Below are positions 55,446-64,000 of a stretch of DNA of 64,000 nucleotides, piece after piece; positions within the stretch are counted from its first letter, which is position 1, and each line of letters starts with the position of its first letter. Under the pieces are notes generated by a model, which was given only the letters and a program-made list of their open reading frames with translations, searched no databases and had not been told where the DNA came from. Origin of the DNA: Thermosphaera sp. (GTDB taxonomy: Archaea; Thermoproteota; Thermoprotei_A; Sulfolobales; Desulfurococcaceae). The stretch spans positions 122,290 to 186,289 of the forward strand of contig JAWBNK010000001.1 of the NCBI GenBank assembly GCA_038827615.1, in the 5' to 3' direction. The translations under genes and the position numbers were made by a program.

Positions 55446-55853
55446 GTGAACTATTTGGATAGCGGTGAAATCCAAGTAAGCGAGTACTACTTCAGCGATT
55501 ACTTCAGGGTTGTGCTCCTCAGGGATGGAGACCAGTTCATCGCATCAGTCGACGTCTACAGGAAGGGCTGGTTTTTCAGCGGTCATGAAGAAAAATGCGT
55601 CTCTGACAATAGAGTATGCATGATGTTCAAACGCGTTGATCCATCTATACTTCCCAAGGATTTTTCATTAATCATAGACCAAGTAATCATAGTGGGAGCT
55701 AGGATTTCGGGAGTCGAAGAGACCATTAGTGTTAAATGGGTGTTGAAGAAAGAGCCAAGCTACGACGAAATCTCAAGGATATATGAGCTGTCGTGGAGGA
55801 TAATAGGTTGTAAACCTCCGTTGCCGGAACCCTTCCACATAGCTTGTGATTGA
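55446..55853 (+). CDS. Hypothetical protein
   Basis: ORF only. Confidence 0.35.
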   Translation: MNYLDSGEIQVSEYYFSDYFRVVLLRDGDQFIASVDVYRKGWFFSGHEEKCVSDNRVCMMFKRVDPSILPKDFSLIIDQVIIVGARISGVEETISVKWVLKKEPSYDEISRIYELSWRIIGCKPPLPEPFHIACD

Positions 55854-55966
55854 ATTACCTCTAAGGCCGGCTCTCCCCTATTCTGCTTAGTCTGCACGGT
55901 GAGCAATTCTTTATATTCTCCATGCACATGAGAAATAATTGTATCAGTTTATTTAAAGGGTTTAAC

Positions 55967-58414
55967 ATGGAGGAGTACACGCCTAGGCTCAAGGAGACGA
56001 GGTGGAGCCTCGACAAAGAGAAGGAATTACTGAGTAAATGGGAGAAGGAGAAAATAGGAGCTTTCGAGTTTTCCCCTGAAGACTTGAGAGAAGTAATAGC
56101 TATAGATACTCCCCCACCGTATGCCAGCGGGAAGTGGCATGTAGGGGGAGCCGCTCACTATGCCCAAATAGACATGATTGCTCGGTATTTCAGGATGAAA
56201 GGATACAACGTATTGGTCCCGTTTTACGCTGACAGGAACGGCCTTCCCGTCGAAGTCCAAGTTGAAAAGAAGCTGGGGGTTAATCCTCACGAAATGGCTA
56301 AGACCCCCGATGGCAGGGAGAAGTTTCTCGAGGCATGTAAGGCATTCCTAGATGAGGCGGAAAGGGACATAGTGAGCGTCTGGAGAAGGCTTGGATGTAG
56401 CTTCCAGTACTGGGTAAACGGTACCGACAGCCCCGAGTATAGAACTCTCACTCAAGCCACTTTCATAGAGCTCTTCAAGAAGGGACTGATATACGAGGCG
56501 GAGAGACCGGTGAACTGGTGCCCAAGGTGTAAGACTAGTCTCGCGGACGCTGAGCTTGAGCATGAAGAGGAGGAGGGAGAATTATATTACATCAGGTTCA
56601 AGGTTTTAGAGACGGGCGAGGACCTTATAGTAGCTACGACGAGGCCGGAGATGCTTAGATCGTGTAAAGCTCTCGTGTTCAACCCGTCTGACGAGAGGTA
56701 TGTCAAGTATAAGGGCATGCATGCCATAAACCCCCTTTACGGTCACGAGATGCCGATACTCGGGTATGAGGAGGTAGATCCGGAGTTTGGAACAGGATTG
56801 GTAATGGTGTGTAGCTATGGGGATCAAGTAGACGTTAAAATGTTTAGAGAACTGGGATTGGAGCCGGTGATCATCGTAGACAGGGATGGAAGACTTAACA
56901 GTGAAGCTGGAGAGTTGGCGGGGTTAAGGGTCGATGAAGCTAGGCGGAGGGCTGTGGAGCTTTTAGAATCCAGGGGAAGGCTGGAGAAGAGGGAGAAACA
57001 CGTTCACAACGTCCCTGTTTGCTGGCGGTGTAAGACCCCCGTTCAAATAATTCATTCCCGCGAATATTTCCTGAAGCAACTTGAATTCAAGAACAAGATA
57101 CTCGAGACTATTGACCTGATGGATTTCAAACCTCCGATGCACAAGAAGAAGCTCGTGGATTGGGTTTATAGTGTTTCGACGGACTGGCCCATCAGCAGGG
57201 ACAGGTATTATGCGACAGAAGTCCCCGTGTGGAGATGTAGGAGATGCGACTCCACGCTGATACCAGAGCCCGGGAGATACTACCGTCCATGGAGAGACCC
57301 GCCTCCATGGGATAAATGCCCGGTCTGCGGTGCGCCGGCCGAGGATATCGAGGGTGAGAGAAAAGTCTTCGACACATGGTTTGACAGCAGCATATCAGTC
57401 CTATACGTCACAGGGTACTTGAGAAACCCTGAATTGTTCAAGAAGGCCTTCGGAAACACTCTGAGACCACAGGGTCAGGACATCATTAGGACTTGGCTGT
57501 ACTACACTATTTTGAGAACATACTTGTTGACTGGTCAGCCGGCTTTCAGATGGGTCAGGATAACGGGGATGGGTCTCGACGAGAAGGGCGAGGCAATGCA
57601 TAAGTCTAAGGGAAACGTCATAGACCCCGAGCCCTACGTGGAGAAGTATGGTGCTGATGCCTTTAGATACTGGGCAGCGGCAAGCAGTAAGCTTGGATAC
57701 GACTATAGGTTCAGCGAACAGTTGATTAAAACCGGGCTCTTGTTCGCCACCAAGCTCTGGAACATAGCGAGGTTCGTGTCGAACTTCCCCGAGCCGGAGG
57801 ACTATGAGCTGAGACCTATCGACAGGTCAACGCTGGCCCTGTTCAACAAGATCTTGGTTAAGGTCGACAGGGCTTACAGCGAGCTCGACGTCTATGAGCC
57901 TGCCAACCTGATATATAGTTTCACATGGGATTATTTTGCTTCGAACTATCTCGAGTTGGTGAAGTCTAGGGCGTACAACCGGGAGGAGAAGTACTCGAAG
58001 CTTGAACAGTACGGTGCATGGTACACTCTGCACTATATTCTCCGAAGAATACTCAGGATGCTGGCTCCCATAATGCCGTTTATTACCGATGCGATATACA
58101 GGGAGCTGTATGGAGAGAGCGTTCACGTCCAGAAGTTCCCTGAACCCGATGAAGAATTCGCCGAGGCCTCAACAAAGCTTGCCGAAACGATAATAGAGGT
58201 GAACTCCGCAATCTGGAGCTACAAGAAGAAGAATAATATAAGGTTTAGCGAGCCCCTTAGAGACAAAGTATATCTACCATCTCTATTAGAGGAGGCTTTA
58301 AAGGAGATTGTGGATTTGCATAAACTAGAAACAGTCGAGTTCTACGAGGAATCGCCGCCAGAGGATGCTGTGAGCATTGGAGGCGGAGTCTACATATCTC
58401 CTTTCACTCCCTGA
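55967..58414 (+). CDS. valS: Valine--tRNA ligase
   Basis: Class-I fold: PPPYASGKWHVGGAAHY (HIGH region), ATTRPEMLRSC and GTGLVMVCSYGDQVD (editing domain), AMHKSKGN (KMSKS). Size and blocks fit ValRS better than Leu/IleRS. Start taken at MEEYTPRL. Confidence 0.75.
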   Translation: MEEYTPRLKETRWSLDKEKELLSKWEKEKIGAFEFSPEDLREVIAIDTPPPYASGKWHVGGAAHYAQIDMIARYFRMKGYNVLVPFYADRNGLPVEVQVEKKLGVNPHEMAKTPDGREKFLEACKAFLDEAERDIVSVWRRLGCSFQYWVNGTDSPEYRTLTQATFIELFKKGLIYEAERPVNWCPRCKTSLADAELEHEEEEGELYYIRFKVLETGEDLIVATTRPEMLRSCKALVFNPSDERYVKYKGMHAINPLYGHEMPILGYEEVDPEFGTGLVMVCSYGDQVDVKMFRELGLEPVIIVDRDGRLNSEAGELAGLRVDEARRRAVELLESRGRLEKREKHVHNVPVCWRCKTPVQIIHSREYFLKQLEFKNKILETIDLMDFKPPMHKKKLVDWVYSVSTDWPISRDRYYATEVPVWRCRRCDSTLIPEPGRYYRPWRDPPPWDKCPVCGAPAEDIEGERKVFDTWFDSSISVLYVTGYLRNPELFKKAFGNTLRPQGQDIIRTWLYYTILRTYLLTGQPAFRWVRITGMGLDEKGEAMHKSKGNVIDPEPYVEKYGADAFRYWAAASSKLGYDYRFSEQLIKTGLLFATKLWNIARFVSNFPEPEDYELRPIDRSTLALFNKILVKVDRAYSELDVYEPANLIYSFTWDYFASNYLELVKSRAYNREEKYSKLEQYGAWYTLHYILRRILRMLAPIMPFITDAIYRELYGESVHVQKFPEPDEEFAEASTKLAETIIEVNSAIWSYKKKNNIRFSEPLRDKVYLPSLLEEALKEIVDLHKLETVEFYEESPPEDAVSIGGGVYISPFTP

Positions 58415-59090
58415 TCCCGCCTAGACTCCTTATTCTGTGTTCAATGCTCCATGACAGTCTTTTCACCATCGAGCGAAAGGGGTATCTACCCTGTACGGGT
58501 TTTACCCTGCCCTTCAATAATGCCTCGAAGACCTCGGAGACTGTCAAGTCTTTAGCGTCTACAAGAGTGTAGGCAACCCCGACATGCTCGAGAATGTGTG
58601 CGTCGCTATTAGCAATCCCCGGCAGGTTGAGCATTCTTGCAGCTTCCACAGCTTTTTTGTTTGCACCAGTTGTAGCTCCTGCATTCCAAACCTCTATAGC
58701 ACTCCACCCCTTGTATTCGAAAACCTTATCGCCTATTCCAAACCTCATTACGTCGAACGGGTGTGCCGGGACGACTAGGCAATTGTTTTCTCTAGCCTTA
58801 TCTATTAGAGCATCCAGTGCTCTGGGGAAATCGACGGCTTCCCGACAATACAGTAAGACGTCTCCATCAATCGTCCTTACCTCCACCCCCATGATCACGA
58901 CGATGTTGTTCGATGACGATGACAACCTGCTGGCCACCATGCTTCCGTGAAAAGTATCGTGGTCAGTTATAGATATGATAGATAATCCGCTTGCTACGGC
59001 GTAGTCTACAATCTCTTTAGGGCTTGCCCTTCCATCACTATATCGTGAGTGAATATGTAAGTCGGCTTTAAAGCTCATTAGCAGACCCAC
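58404..59090 (-). CDS. PHP-domain metal-dependent phosphoesterase
   Basis: ADLHIHSRYSDG...ITDHDT...AHP...SDAH. Confidence 0.85.
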   Translation of the reverse strand: MGLLMSFKADLHIHSRYSDGRASPKEIVDYAVASGLSIISITDHDTFHGSMVASRLSSSSNNIVVIMGVEVRTIDGDVLLYCREAVDFPRALDALIDKARENNCLVVPAHPFDVMRFGIGDKVFEYKGWSAIEVWNAGATTGANKKAVEAARMLNLPGIANSDAHILEHVGVAYTLVDAKDLTVSEVFEALLKGRVKPVQGRYPFRSMVKRLSWSIEHRIRSLGGIRE

Positions 59091-59142
59091 GTGGATGAGG
59101 ATTCCAGCAACAGTTTTGTCGGGAACTAGGCTGAAAACGTTT

Positions 59143-59385
59143 TTAAATAGGGTAGTAGGGCTTTAACTCTGATTTACAGTAAGGGCACTTGTAGTGGACC
59201 CTTCTAGCATCGGCCCCGCAGAAGTAGGCTTTGATGCCCTGGCTGAGGCACTTAGGGCAGTAGTAGGCGTTGTTCTCCTCGTAGGCTTCGAAAAGATCGA
59301 TGCTGGTCTTACATATTATGCATTTCTCGCTCGTCCACCCCTTATGTCCTGGCTTGTTGACACCCTTAATCAAACCGCTGGTCAT
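59143..59385 (-). CDS. Small Zn-finger protein
   Basis: CIIC...CPKC...C...CPYC. Confidence 0.5.
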   Translation of the reverse strand: MTSGLIKGVNKPGHKGWTSEKCIICKTSIDLFEAYEENNAYYCPKCLSQGIKAYFCGADARRVHYKCPYCKSELKPYYPI

Positions 59386-59452
59386 TTAAACCACCATCTA
59401 CTAGAGAGATATATTATTAGTTTTTTAAAATTAACGATTAGGTGGAATACTG

Positions 59453-60190
59453 TTGATAATCGCCGCTACAGGCGATGTTCACTCACCGAGGTTTCTTGAG
59501 TTATTCGCTAAATCCCTCGGCGAGCTGAACGTCAAGCCCGATGTATTCATACTACTGGGCGACAACGTTGATAAGAACTCAGTGGAGGCCTTCGGCCACG
59601 TGATCCAGTTGATAAGGAGAAACCTTCAAAACGTTCTCGTGGTCAGCGTTTTCGGGAACGAGGAGTACAGGGGTTTCGAGGAAAAATACGTCTCAAAATA
59701 CCGTGAAGTAGTATGGCTTAACGACGAGTCAAAATTTTTCGAACTAGAAGGCTTTAGGATGTGCATAGTGGGCACTAGAGGTGCCCTGGAAAAACCGACT
59801 CCATGGCAGGCCAAGAACATTCCTGGCATCGCGGCCTACTACAGGGGCCTCCCCGAGAAGATCGAGAGCCTTCTTAGAGAGTGTAAGAATTTTTCGGCAA
59901 GCTACACGGTACTGGCTTCTCACTACGGTGTAACCTACTCAAACCTCAAGGGCGAGGACCCAGCTGTTTACCCCTACCTCGCGTCCCCCAGGATGAGCGA
60001 TGTCATAAAAACGGGTCTTGTAGACCTCGTTCTCCACGCTCACGCGCATAACGGGGTTGTTGAACGTGTTTTACTGAACAACGTCCCAATTATCAACGCA
60101 TCCCTTCCCGCAAGGCGTAAAATAGTTACCTTTGAGGCCTCAACGGGGAGAAGGAGCATTATGGATTGGATTAGGGGGCCTCCTAAGTAA
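59453..60190 (+). CDS. Calcineurin-like metallophosphoesterase
   Basis: ATGDVHSP, LGDNVD, GNEE, HAHAH. Confidence 0.8.
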   Translation: MIIAATGDVHSPRFLELFAKSLGELNVKPDVFILLGDNVDKNSVEAFGHVIQLIRRNLQNVLVVSVFGNEEYRGFEEKYVSKYREVVWLNDESKFFELEGFRMCIVGTRGALEKPTPWQAKNIPGIAAYYRGLPEKIESLLRECKNFSASYTVLASHYGVTYSNLKGEDPAVYPYLASPRMSDVIKTGLVDLVLHAHAHNGVVERVLLNNVPIINASLPARRKIVTFEASTGRRSIMDWIRGPPK

Positions 60191-61058
60191 ATCCTTCGAA
60201 GACCGCTAGGGCACCGAGAACCGATACTATGTCAGCGTAGTGATTCAGACTTACCCCCTGTTTGCCTAGGAGCAGGTCTGCCTCGTATAGCTTCCTCGCC
60301 CCCTCCTTGCTCGTCATCAGGCCTAGGCTCCTGGCCTCGTCGATAATCCTTTTAGCATCAGAAGTCATGAAGGGCTCTGCGATGTCCAAGTAGATGGCGA
60401 CCAAGGCGTTGTTCAAATCCTTAGCCTTCCTGTAATACTCTGCGATCTTCTTCAAGTAGTTGAATACGAGGGTTTCACGCGAATCGAGGAGAGTGAAAGC
60501 GGGTTGCTTGGAGCCGAGCGTTTTGAAGACCTCGCTGAAGGAAACGCCCGACTGCACTATCGTTATCTGGTCTACGCCCGTAGAGGATAAATGTTCATAC
60601 AGGTCTGCCCTACCTACGGTTTTGAAAGCATCAATCATTGCCTTAACCTCTCCCCACTTGTTAATCGAGAGCACTAGGTCCAAGCTCCTCTTGAACTTGC
60701 TGGTGTCGCTTGAAACGCTCACGACGTTACTATGTCCTATCGCAATCGACAAGACCAGTAGGGGGATGGTGTAGGAGGGATGGCAGTTGCCGCAGAACCT
60801 GTATGATTCTCGCATCAGCCTGCCGGCGAGTTTTCCAAGCTCTACGCTCGCAAAGCTTAGCTCGCCCTTCCTCACCCTCTCCCCTATGGAGAAGGCTTCA
60901 TCTATAACATGTATTGATGAGACGATATTGCATGAAGCTTCATCGAAGATTCTCAAAGGCTTCAACCTGTGCAGGCTCCCGGGTTTGAAGTACGCGTTGA
61001 GACCCGTTAAAGCCCCGTGTAAAAAGCTCCTTGTTACTTCGTTCACCAACGTGCACAC
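60183..61058 (-). CDS. Possible triphosphoribosyl-dephospho-CoA synthase (CitG/MdcB)-like protein
   Basis: Weak: KPGSLHR near the N-terminus and an ADIVSVLGAL-type C-terminal block resemble CitG motifs. Confidence 0.35.
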   Translation of the reverse strand: MCTLVNEVTRSFLHGALTGLNAYFKPGSLHRLKPLRIFDEASCNIVSSIHVIDEAFSIGERVRKGELSFASVELGKLAGRLMRESYRFCGNCHPSYTIPLLVLSIAIGHSNVVSVSSDTSKFKRSLDLVLSINKWGEVKAMIDAFKTVGRADLYEHLSSTGVDQITIVQSGVSFSEVFKTLGSKQPAFTLLDSRETLVFNYLKKIAEYYRKAKDLNNALVAIYLDIAEPFMTSDAKRIIDEARSLGLMTSKEGARKLYEADLLLGKQGVSLNHYADIVSVLGALAVFEGFT

Positions 61059-61102
61059 CTAGATAATGCTTTACTGCACAAGGAATTATTAATGTGTATT
61101 AG

Positions 61103-61153
61103 TCAGGCTGAGAGCTCTTCTTCACGTATCCGACGGTTCGCTATTCATCATCG
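61103..61153 (-). ncRNA. C/D-box sRNA candidate (2'-O-methylation guide)
   Basis: Minus strand reads cg-ATGATGA(C)-ATAGCGAACCGT(12)-CGGA(D')-TAC-GTGAAGA(C')-AGAGCTCTCAGC(12)-CTGA(D). This is the canonical archaeal box spacing, in an intergenic gap between two minus-strand genes. Confidence 0.55.
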
Positions 61154-61203
61154 AAAACAATTATGCTTGAAGTTATTTAAAATAATGCCATAGGGAGGAA
61201 ACA

Positions 61204-62094
61204 CTACTTCCTAATCTTCTCGACTAAGTATTCAATAATGTAGTCGGGCGGATTAACCCCGGTAGCCGACCTCAACCCCTCCCAATATGGGAAAGCATTT
61301 ACTTCGAGGATGTAATGCTTCCCTGTTGAAACGTCTTCGGCAATATCTACTCCTGCGTAGTCAAGCCCGAGCACTGATGAAGCCTTCAAAGCTGTATCAA
61401 AGATTTCAGGCGCATCAGCCTCTCTCACGGGTTCTCCAACAGCTCCTCTGGCAATATTGGTTTTCCAGCTGGACTTGCTCACTCTCTTCATGGCGCCGAT
61501 AACGCGGTCCCCGACGACGAAAACCCTGTAGTCGTAACCCGGCTTCTCGAGGAATTTCTGCAGGTAGCTTGCGACCCCAACGTTCATCAAGCTCCTAGTG
61601 GTTTGAAAAGCGAGGTCAGGGTCTTCGATCAGCGCGCTTCCAAGCCCCAAACTCCCCATTAGAGGTTTATAGACTATTTTCTTCTTTCTCTCAGTATATT
61701 TCATTGCAGAGAAGGGGTTCTCAGTCACCATGGTGTCGGGAACGGGTAGCCCATGGAGCGATAGTCTGAGCAGGCTTCTCCACTTATCTTTCGCTACTAG
61801 GGCGTTTGAAGGTTTGTTGATAACCGTTGTAATGCTCGACAAGGTCTCAAGAACTCCAAGCCTTTTCTCGAAGACATCAAGGCTCATAACGAGCCCGATG
61901 CCGCGAAGTACTGCACCATCGATGCTCACAGGCTCATCCCGCGCCTTAACGACGATTTTACCATCTTCGATCACAGCGTCAAGGAGGGGGAGCTTCAAAT
62001 ACACTGGTTCAACTCCTCTCTTCTTTGCAGCCTCCATTAGATCGACCACGCTTCGGGGAGGCTGCCTCCTGTAGTCGATAATACCTATCTTCAA
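61204..62094 (-). CDS. RimK-family ATP-grasp alpha-L-glutamate ligase
   Basis: ATP-grasp blocks VYKPLMGSLGLG, YLQKFLEKPGYDYRVFVVG, YILEVNAFP. Confidence 0.8.
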   Translation of the reverse strand: MKIGIIDYRRQPPRSVVDLMEAAKKRGVEPVYLKLPLLDAVIEDGKIVVKARDEPVSIDGAVLRGIGLVMSLDVFEKRLGVLETLSSITTVINKPSNALVAKDKWRSLLRLSLHGLPVPDTMVTENPFSAMKYTERKKKIVYKPLMGSLGLGSALIEDPDLAFQTTRSLMNVGVASYLQKFLEKPGYDYRVFVVGDRVIGAMKRVSKSSWKTNIARGAVGEPVREADAPEIFDTALKASSVLGLDYAGVDIAEDVSTGKHYILEVNAFPYWEGLRSATGVNPPDYIIEYLVEKIRK

Positions 62095-62098
62095 CTCT

Positions 62099-62443
62099 TC
62101 AACCCCATGAAACTATTACTGAGTATACTAGGGCGAGCATGCCCAATCCAGCAACATAGAGTATGCTGGAGAGGCTCGAGAAGCCGTTCAACAATAAGCC
62201 TGTTAAACCCCCTAGGATAATCGAAGTCGTGGAGAGATATGAAAGGGCCTTGGCCTCACTAATGCTGCGGGTGGATGCGTACTTGGATACAAGAATCATC
62301 GACGCGAGCACTACGATGGCACCGGCTACAACATAGTAGAGTTCTACAATATAGGTCGAGATAGCTGTTCCCAAATAAGATACGATCAATGCTAGATCAA
62401 CGTGCTTTTTGCCGAGTCTAATAGGCATTGAATCCCCTCTCAT
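62099..62443 (-). CDS. Small membrane protein (3-4 TM)
   Basis: Hydrophobicity only. Confidence 0.45.
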   Translation of the reverse strand: MRGDSMPIRLGKKHVDLALIVSYLGTAISTYIVELYYVVAGAIVVLASMILVSKYASTRSISEAKALSYLSTTSIILGGLTGLLLNGFSSLSSILYVAGLGMLALVYSVIVSWG

Positions 62444-62465
62444 GAAAATGTGGAGATAGGGTATT

Positions 62466-63383
62466 TTAAAGTATCCTCAACCTGTCAACGTAAAGTGATA
62501 GGAGTGCTAAGTATAATCCGGCCTCCAAGGGGTCTGTATTAAACATGAGCTCGAACGCCTTCAAGCCCATGCGAGCGTACTTGAACTTCAATTCTCTGAC
62601 GTAGTATTCTTCAACGCTTGTCGATACTAGAACTAAGTTACCCGGCCCAGTAACGCTCTCGGCATACTCGTACCGAGTTTTTAAGCCCACACGCCTTAAT
62701 GCTTCATTAAGGAAGAGGGAGGGGGCCTCCATGAGCTTGCTCGAAGTAATCACAGCGTCCTCAAGTGATAGGATTTTGGCAAGGGGGTCGGAATACCTCT
62801 CGACTAGCTCGTCCACAAGTCCTACGAACCCCTCCCTGCTGTGCTGGAATAGCCTGGCCCCGCGCGCTTCAAGCTTACCCTTATACAAGCCTGAGAGAGC
62901 GTGATTCACTGCGAAAGCCATCACGAGAGATGCTTCAAGCTCATCCCCTCTATCAATGTAGACTGGGTTGTAGCGGTCTAGGATACTCTTAACTCTCTCG
63001 TCCGCGGGCTTTACGGTGACAGTTAGCATTTCATGATTGAGTAGCCTAGCCACCTGCATTATGTTCAACAATCCCGCGTATGGATTGCTCGCAAAAACTA
63101 GGATTCTCCACCCCTCTCTATAGGCTAAGCCGTATAGAGATACTGCTGGTACGTCGCTGATGAAGACGTTGAGCTCGGGGTCAACCGTTGATACATGCCA
63201 TAGCGCGGTCGAAGCTGGGAGATATCCTTGCCTATTATAGGCTATGATCAAAGGCTTTCGGCTACCGGTTAAAAAGGCTTCGATCGTCTCCGATACTCTA
63301 CTAGCCTCTCTTTCTAAATCCTCGACTAGCCTCGTGAAGCTCGCTAGACCAGCGCGCTCTCTAAGCTTCTGCAACAACTGCAT
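62466..63383 (-). CDS. Hypothetical protein (possibly SIS-like fold)
   Basis: ORF only; start uncertain (40-nt overlap with the upstream MTAP gene). Confidence 0.35.
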   Translation of the reverse strand: MQLLQKLRERAGLASFTRLVEDLEREASRVSETIEAFLTGSRKPLIIAYNRQGYLPASTALWHVSTVDPELNVFISDVPAVSLYGLAYREGWRILVFASNPYAGLLNIMQVARLLNHEMLTVTVKPADERVKSILDRYNPVYIDRGDELEASLVMAFAVNHALSGLYKGKLEARGARLFQHSREGFVGLVDELVERYSDPLAKILSLEDAVITSSKLMEAPSLFLNEALRRVGLKTRYEYAESVTGPGNLVLVSTSVEEYYVRELKFKYARMGLKAFELMFNTDPLEAGLYLALLSLYVDRLRIL

Positions 63384-64000
63384 AACTTCTCATCCGGCTT
63401 CTCCGGGAGTTTCTCAATGATTCTTGGAAGCAAGCTCTTAGCTTTAACGGTATTCTCCGACATGGTCCTGACGACTTCCTCAGCGGTCACAGGCTTCTCA
63501 GCCCACACATCGTAGTCAGTAACCATCGACACTGTTGCGTAGCACATTTCAGCCTCGCATGCGAGATTAACCTCCGGCACTAGAGTCATCCCTATAATGT
63601 CTGCCTTGAAAACATCTTTCCAAACCCTGCTCTCCGCTCTCGTGCTGAACCTGGGTCCTTCGATGCATACATATGTTCCCCTCCCGTGAATTCTTATACC
63701 CGGGGTTTCAGAGGCCGCTTCCAGGATAATGCGTCTCAAATGCTCGCAGAAGGGATCGGCGCAACTCACGTGACCTACAACTCCTCCCTCGAAGAACGTG
63801 AAATCCCTGACACCCTTAGTCATATCTATGAATTGATCGGGTACGACGAAATCGCCGGGCCTATAGTCCTCCCTCAGGCTCCCGACGGCTGAGAAGGCTA
63901 TAAGCCACTTCACCCCGATCGTCTTCAACGCCCAAATGTTAGCCCTATAGTTTATTCTATGCGGGGGTATCCTGTGGCCTCTCCCATGCCTTGGGAGAAA
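63344..64000 (-). CDS. mtnP: S-methyl-5'-thioadenosine phosphorylase (5' end outside window)
   Basis: Frame open to the window edge: [41 protein letters not shown]...[11 protein letters not shown]. Confidence 0.9.
   Translation of the reverse strand, partial: FLPRHGRGHRIPPHRINYRANIWALKTIGVKWLIAFSAVGSLREDYRPGDFVVPDQFIDMTKGVRDFTFFEGGVVGHVSCADPFCEHLRRIILEAASETPGIRIHGRGTYVCIEGPRFSTRAESRVWKDVFKADIIGMTLVPEVNLACEAEMCYATVSMVTDYDVWAEKPVTAEEVVRTMSENTVKAKSLLPRIIEKLPEKPDEKLCSCCRSLESALV

Noticed and set aside
55967-58414. Atypical HIGH region (WHVGGAAH) in ValRS as a possible pseudo-enzyme
   Set aside because: All other class-I blocks, the editing domain and KMSKS-like HKSKG are intact. I cannot exclude that this HIGH variant is the lineage norm, so it is not reported as a finding.

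Overview
64-kb chromosomal window from a hyperthermophile-type archaeon. Thermoproteota/Crenarchaeota hallmarks are aIF/aEF genes, Cdc48, FEN-1, AGOG, a multi-intron tRNA, and a type I-A cas locus whose repeats end in ATTGAAAG. About 75 tightly packed genes are present. Three zones are visible. (1) 1-7.4 kb and 35-64 kb are ordinary housekeeping sequence: Trk K+ uptake; a translation/ribosome-biogenesis string (aIF2-beta, NMD3, aIF1A, Rio1, KH/Dim2); AlaX; an ABC exporter; TruD; Pth2; aEF-1beta; Cdc48; FEN-1; PIMT; Trm5; NAD kinase; Nob1; an NSUN methyltransferase; AGOG; ValRS; MTAP; and others. A previously unmarked C/D-box sRNA candidate lies at 61.1 kb. (2) 7.5-29.8 kb is an accessory block bracketed by two tRNA genes, an intron-containing tRNA (most likely Trp-CCA with two introns) and tRNA-Val(GAC). 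It holds a 5-gene SPFH/SHOCT + Zn-ribbon + coiled-coil + membrane operon, a complete type I-A CRISPR-Cas system and a Thr-rich surface protein. The interference genes are csa5-cas7-cas5a-cas8a?-cas3'-cas3''-cas6. There are two divergent csa3 CARF regulators, and the adaptation genes are csa1-cas1-cas2-cas4. The leader is unusually rich in CCCGGG palindromes, and the array has 44 repeats with 43 spacers. (3) 29.2-34.8 kb, at the window centre, is the most interesting part. It contains a small PD-(D/E)XK nuclease and tRNA-Val. An orphan DndC-like PP-loop enzyme is divergently paired with a translationally coupled Cas4/Dna2-like Fe-S nuclease (657 aa) and an Upf1/Dna2-like SF1B helicase. The region is compositionally mosaic and lacks all partners of the known Dnd/Ssp/Pbe/BREX/Dpd systems. 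I propose it as a candidate undescribed modification-plus-restriction (defence) module. All functional calls rest on motifs read by eye from the supplied translations; no database search was run.
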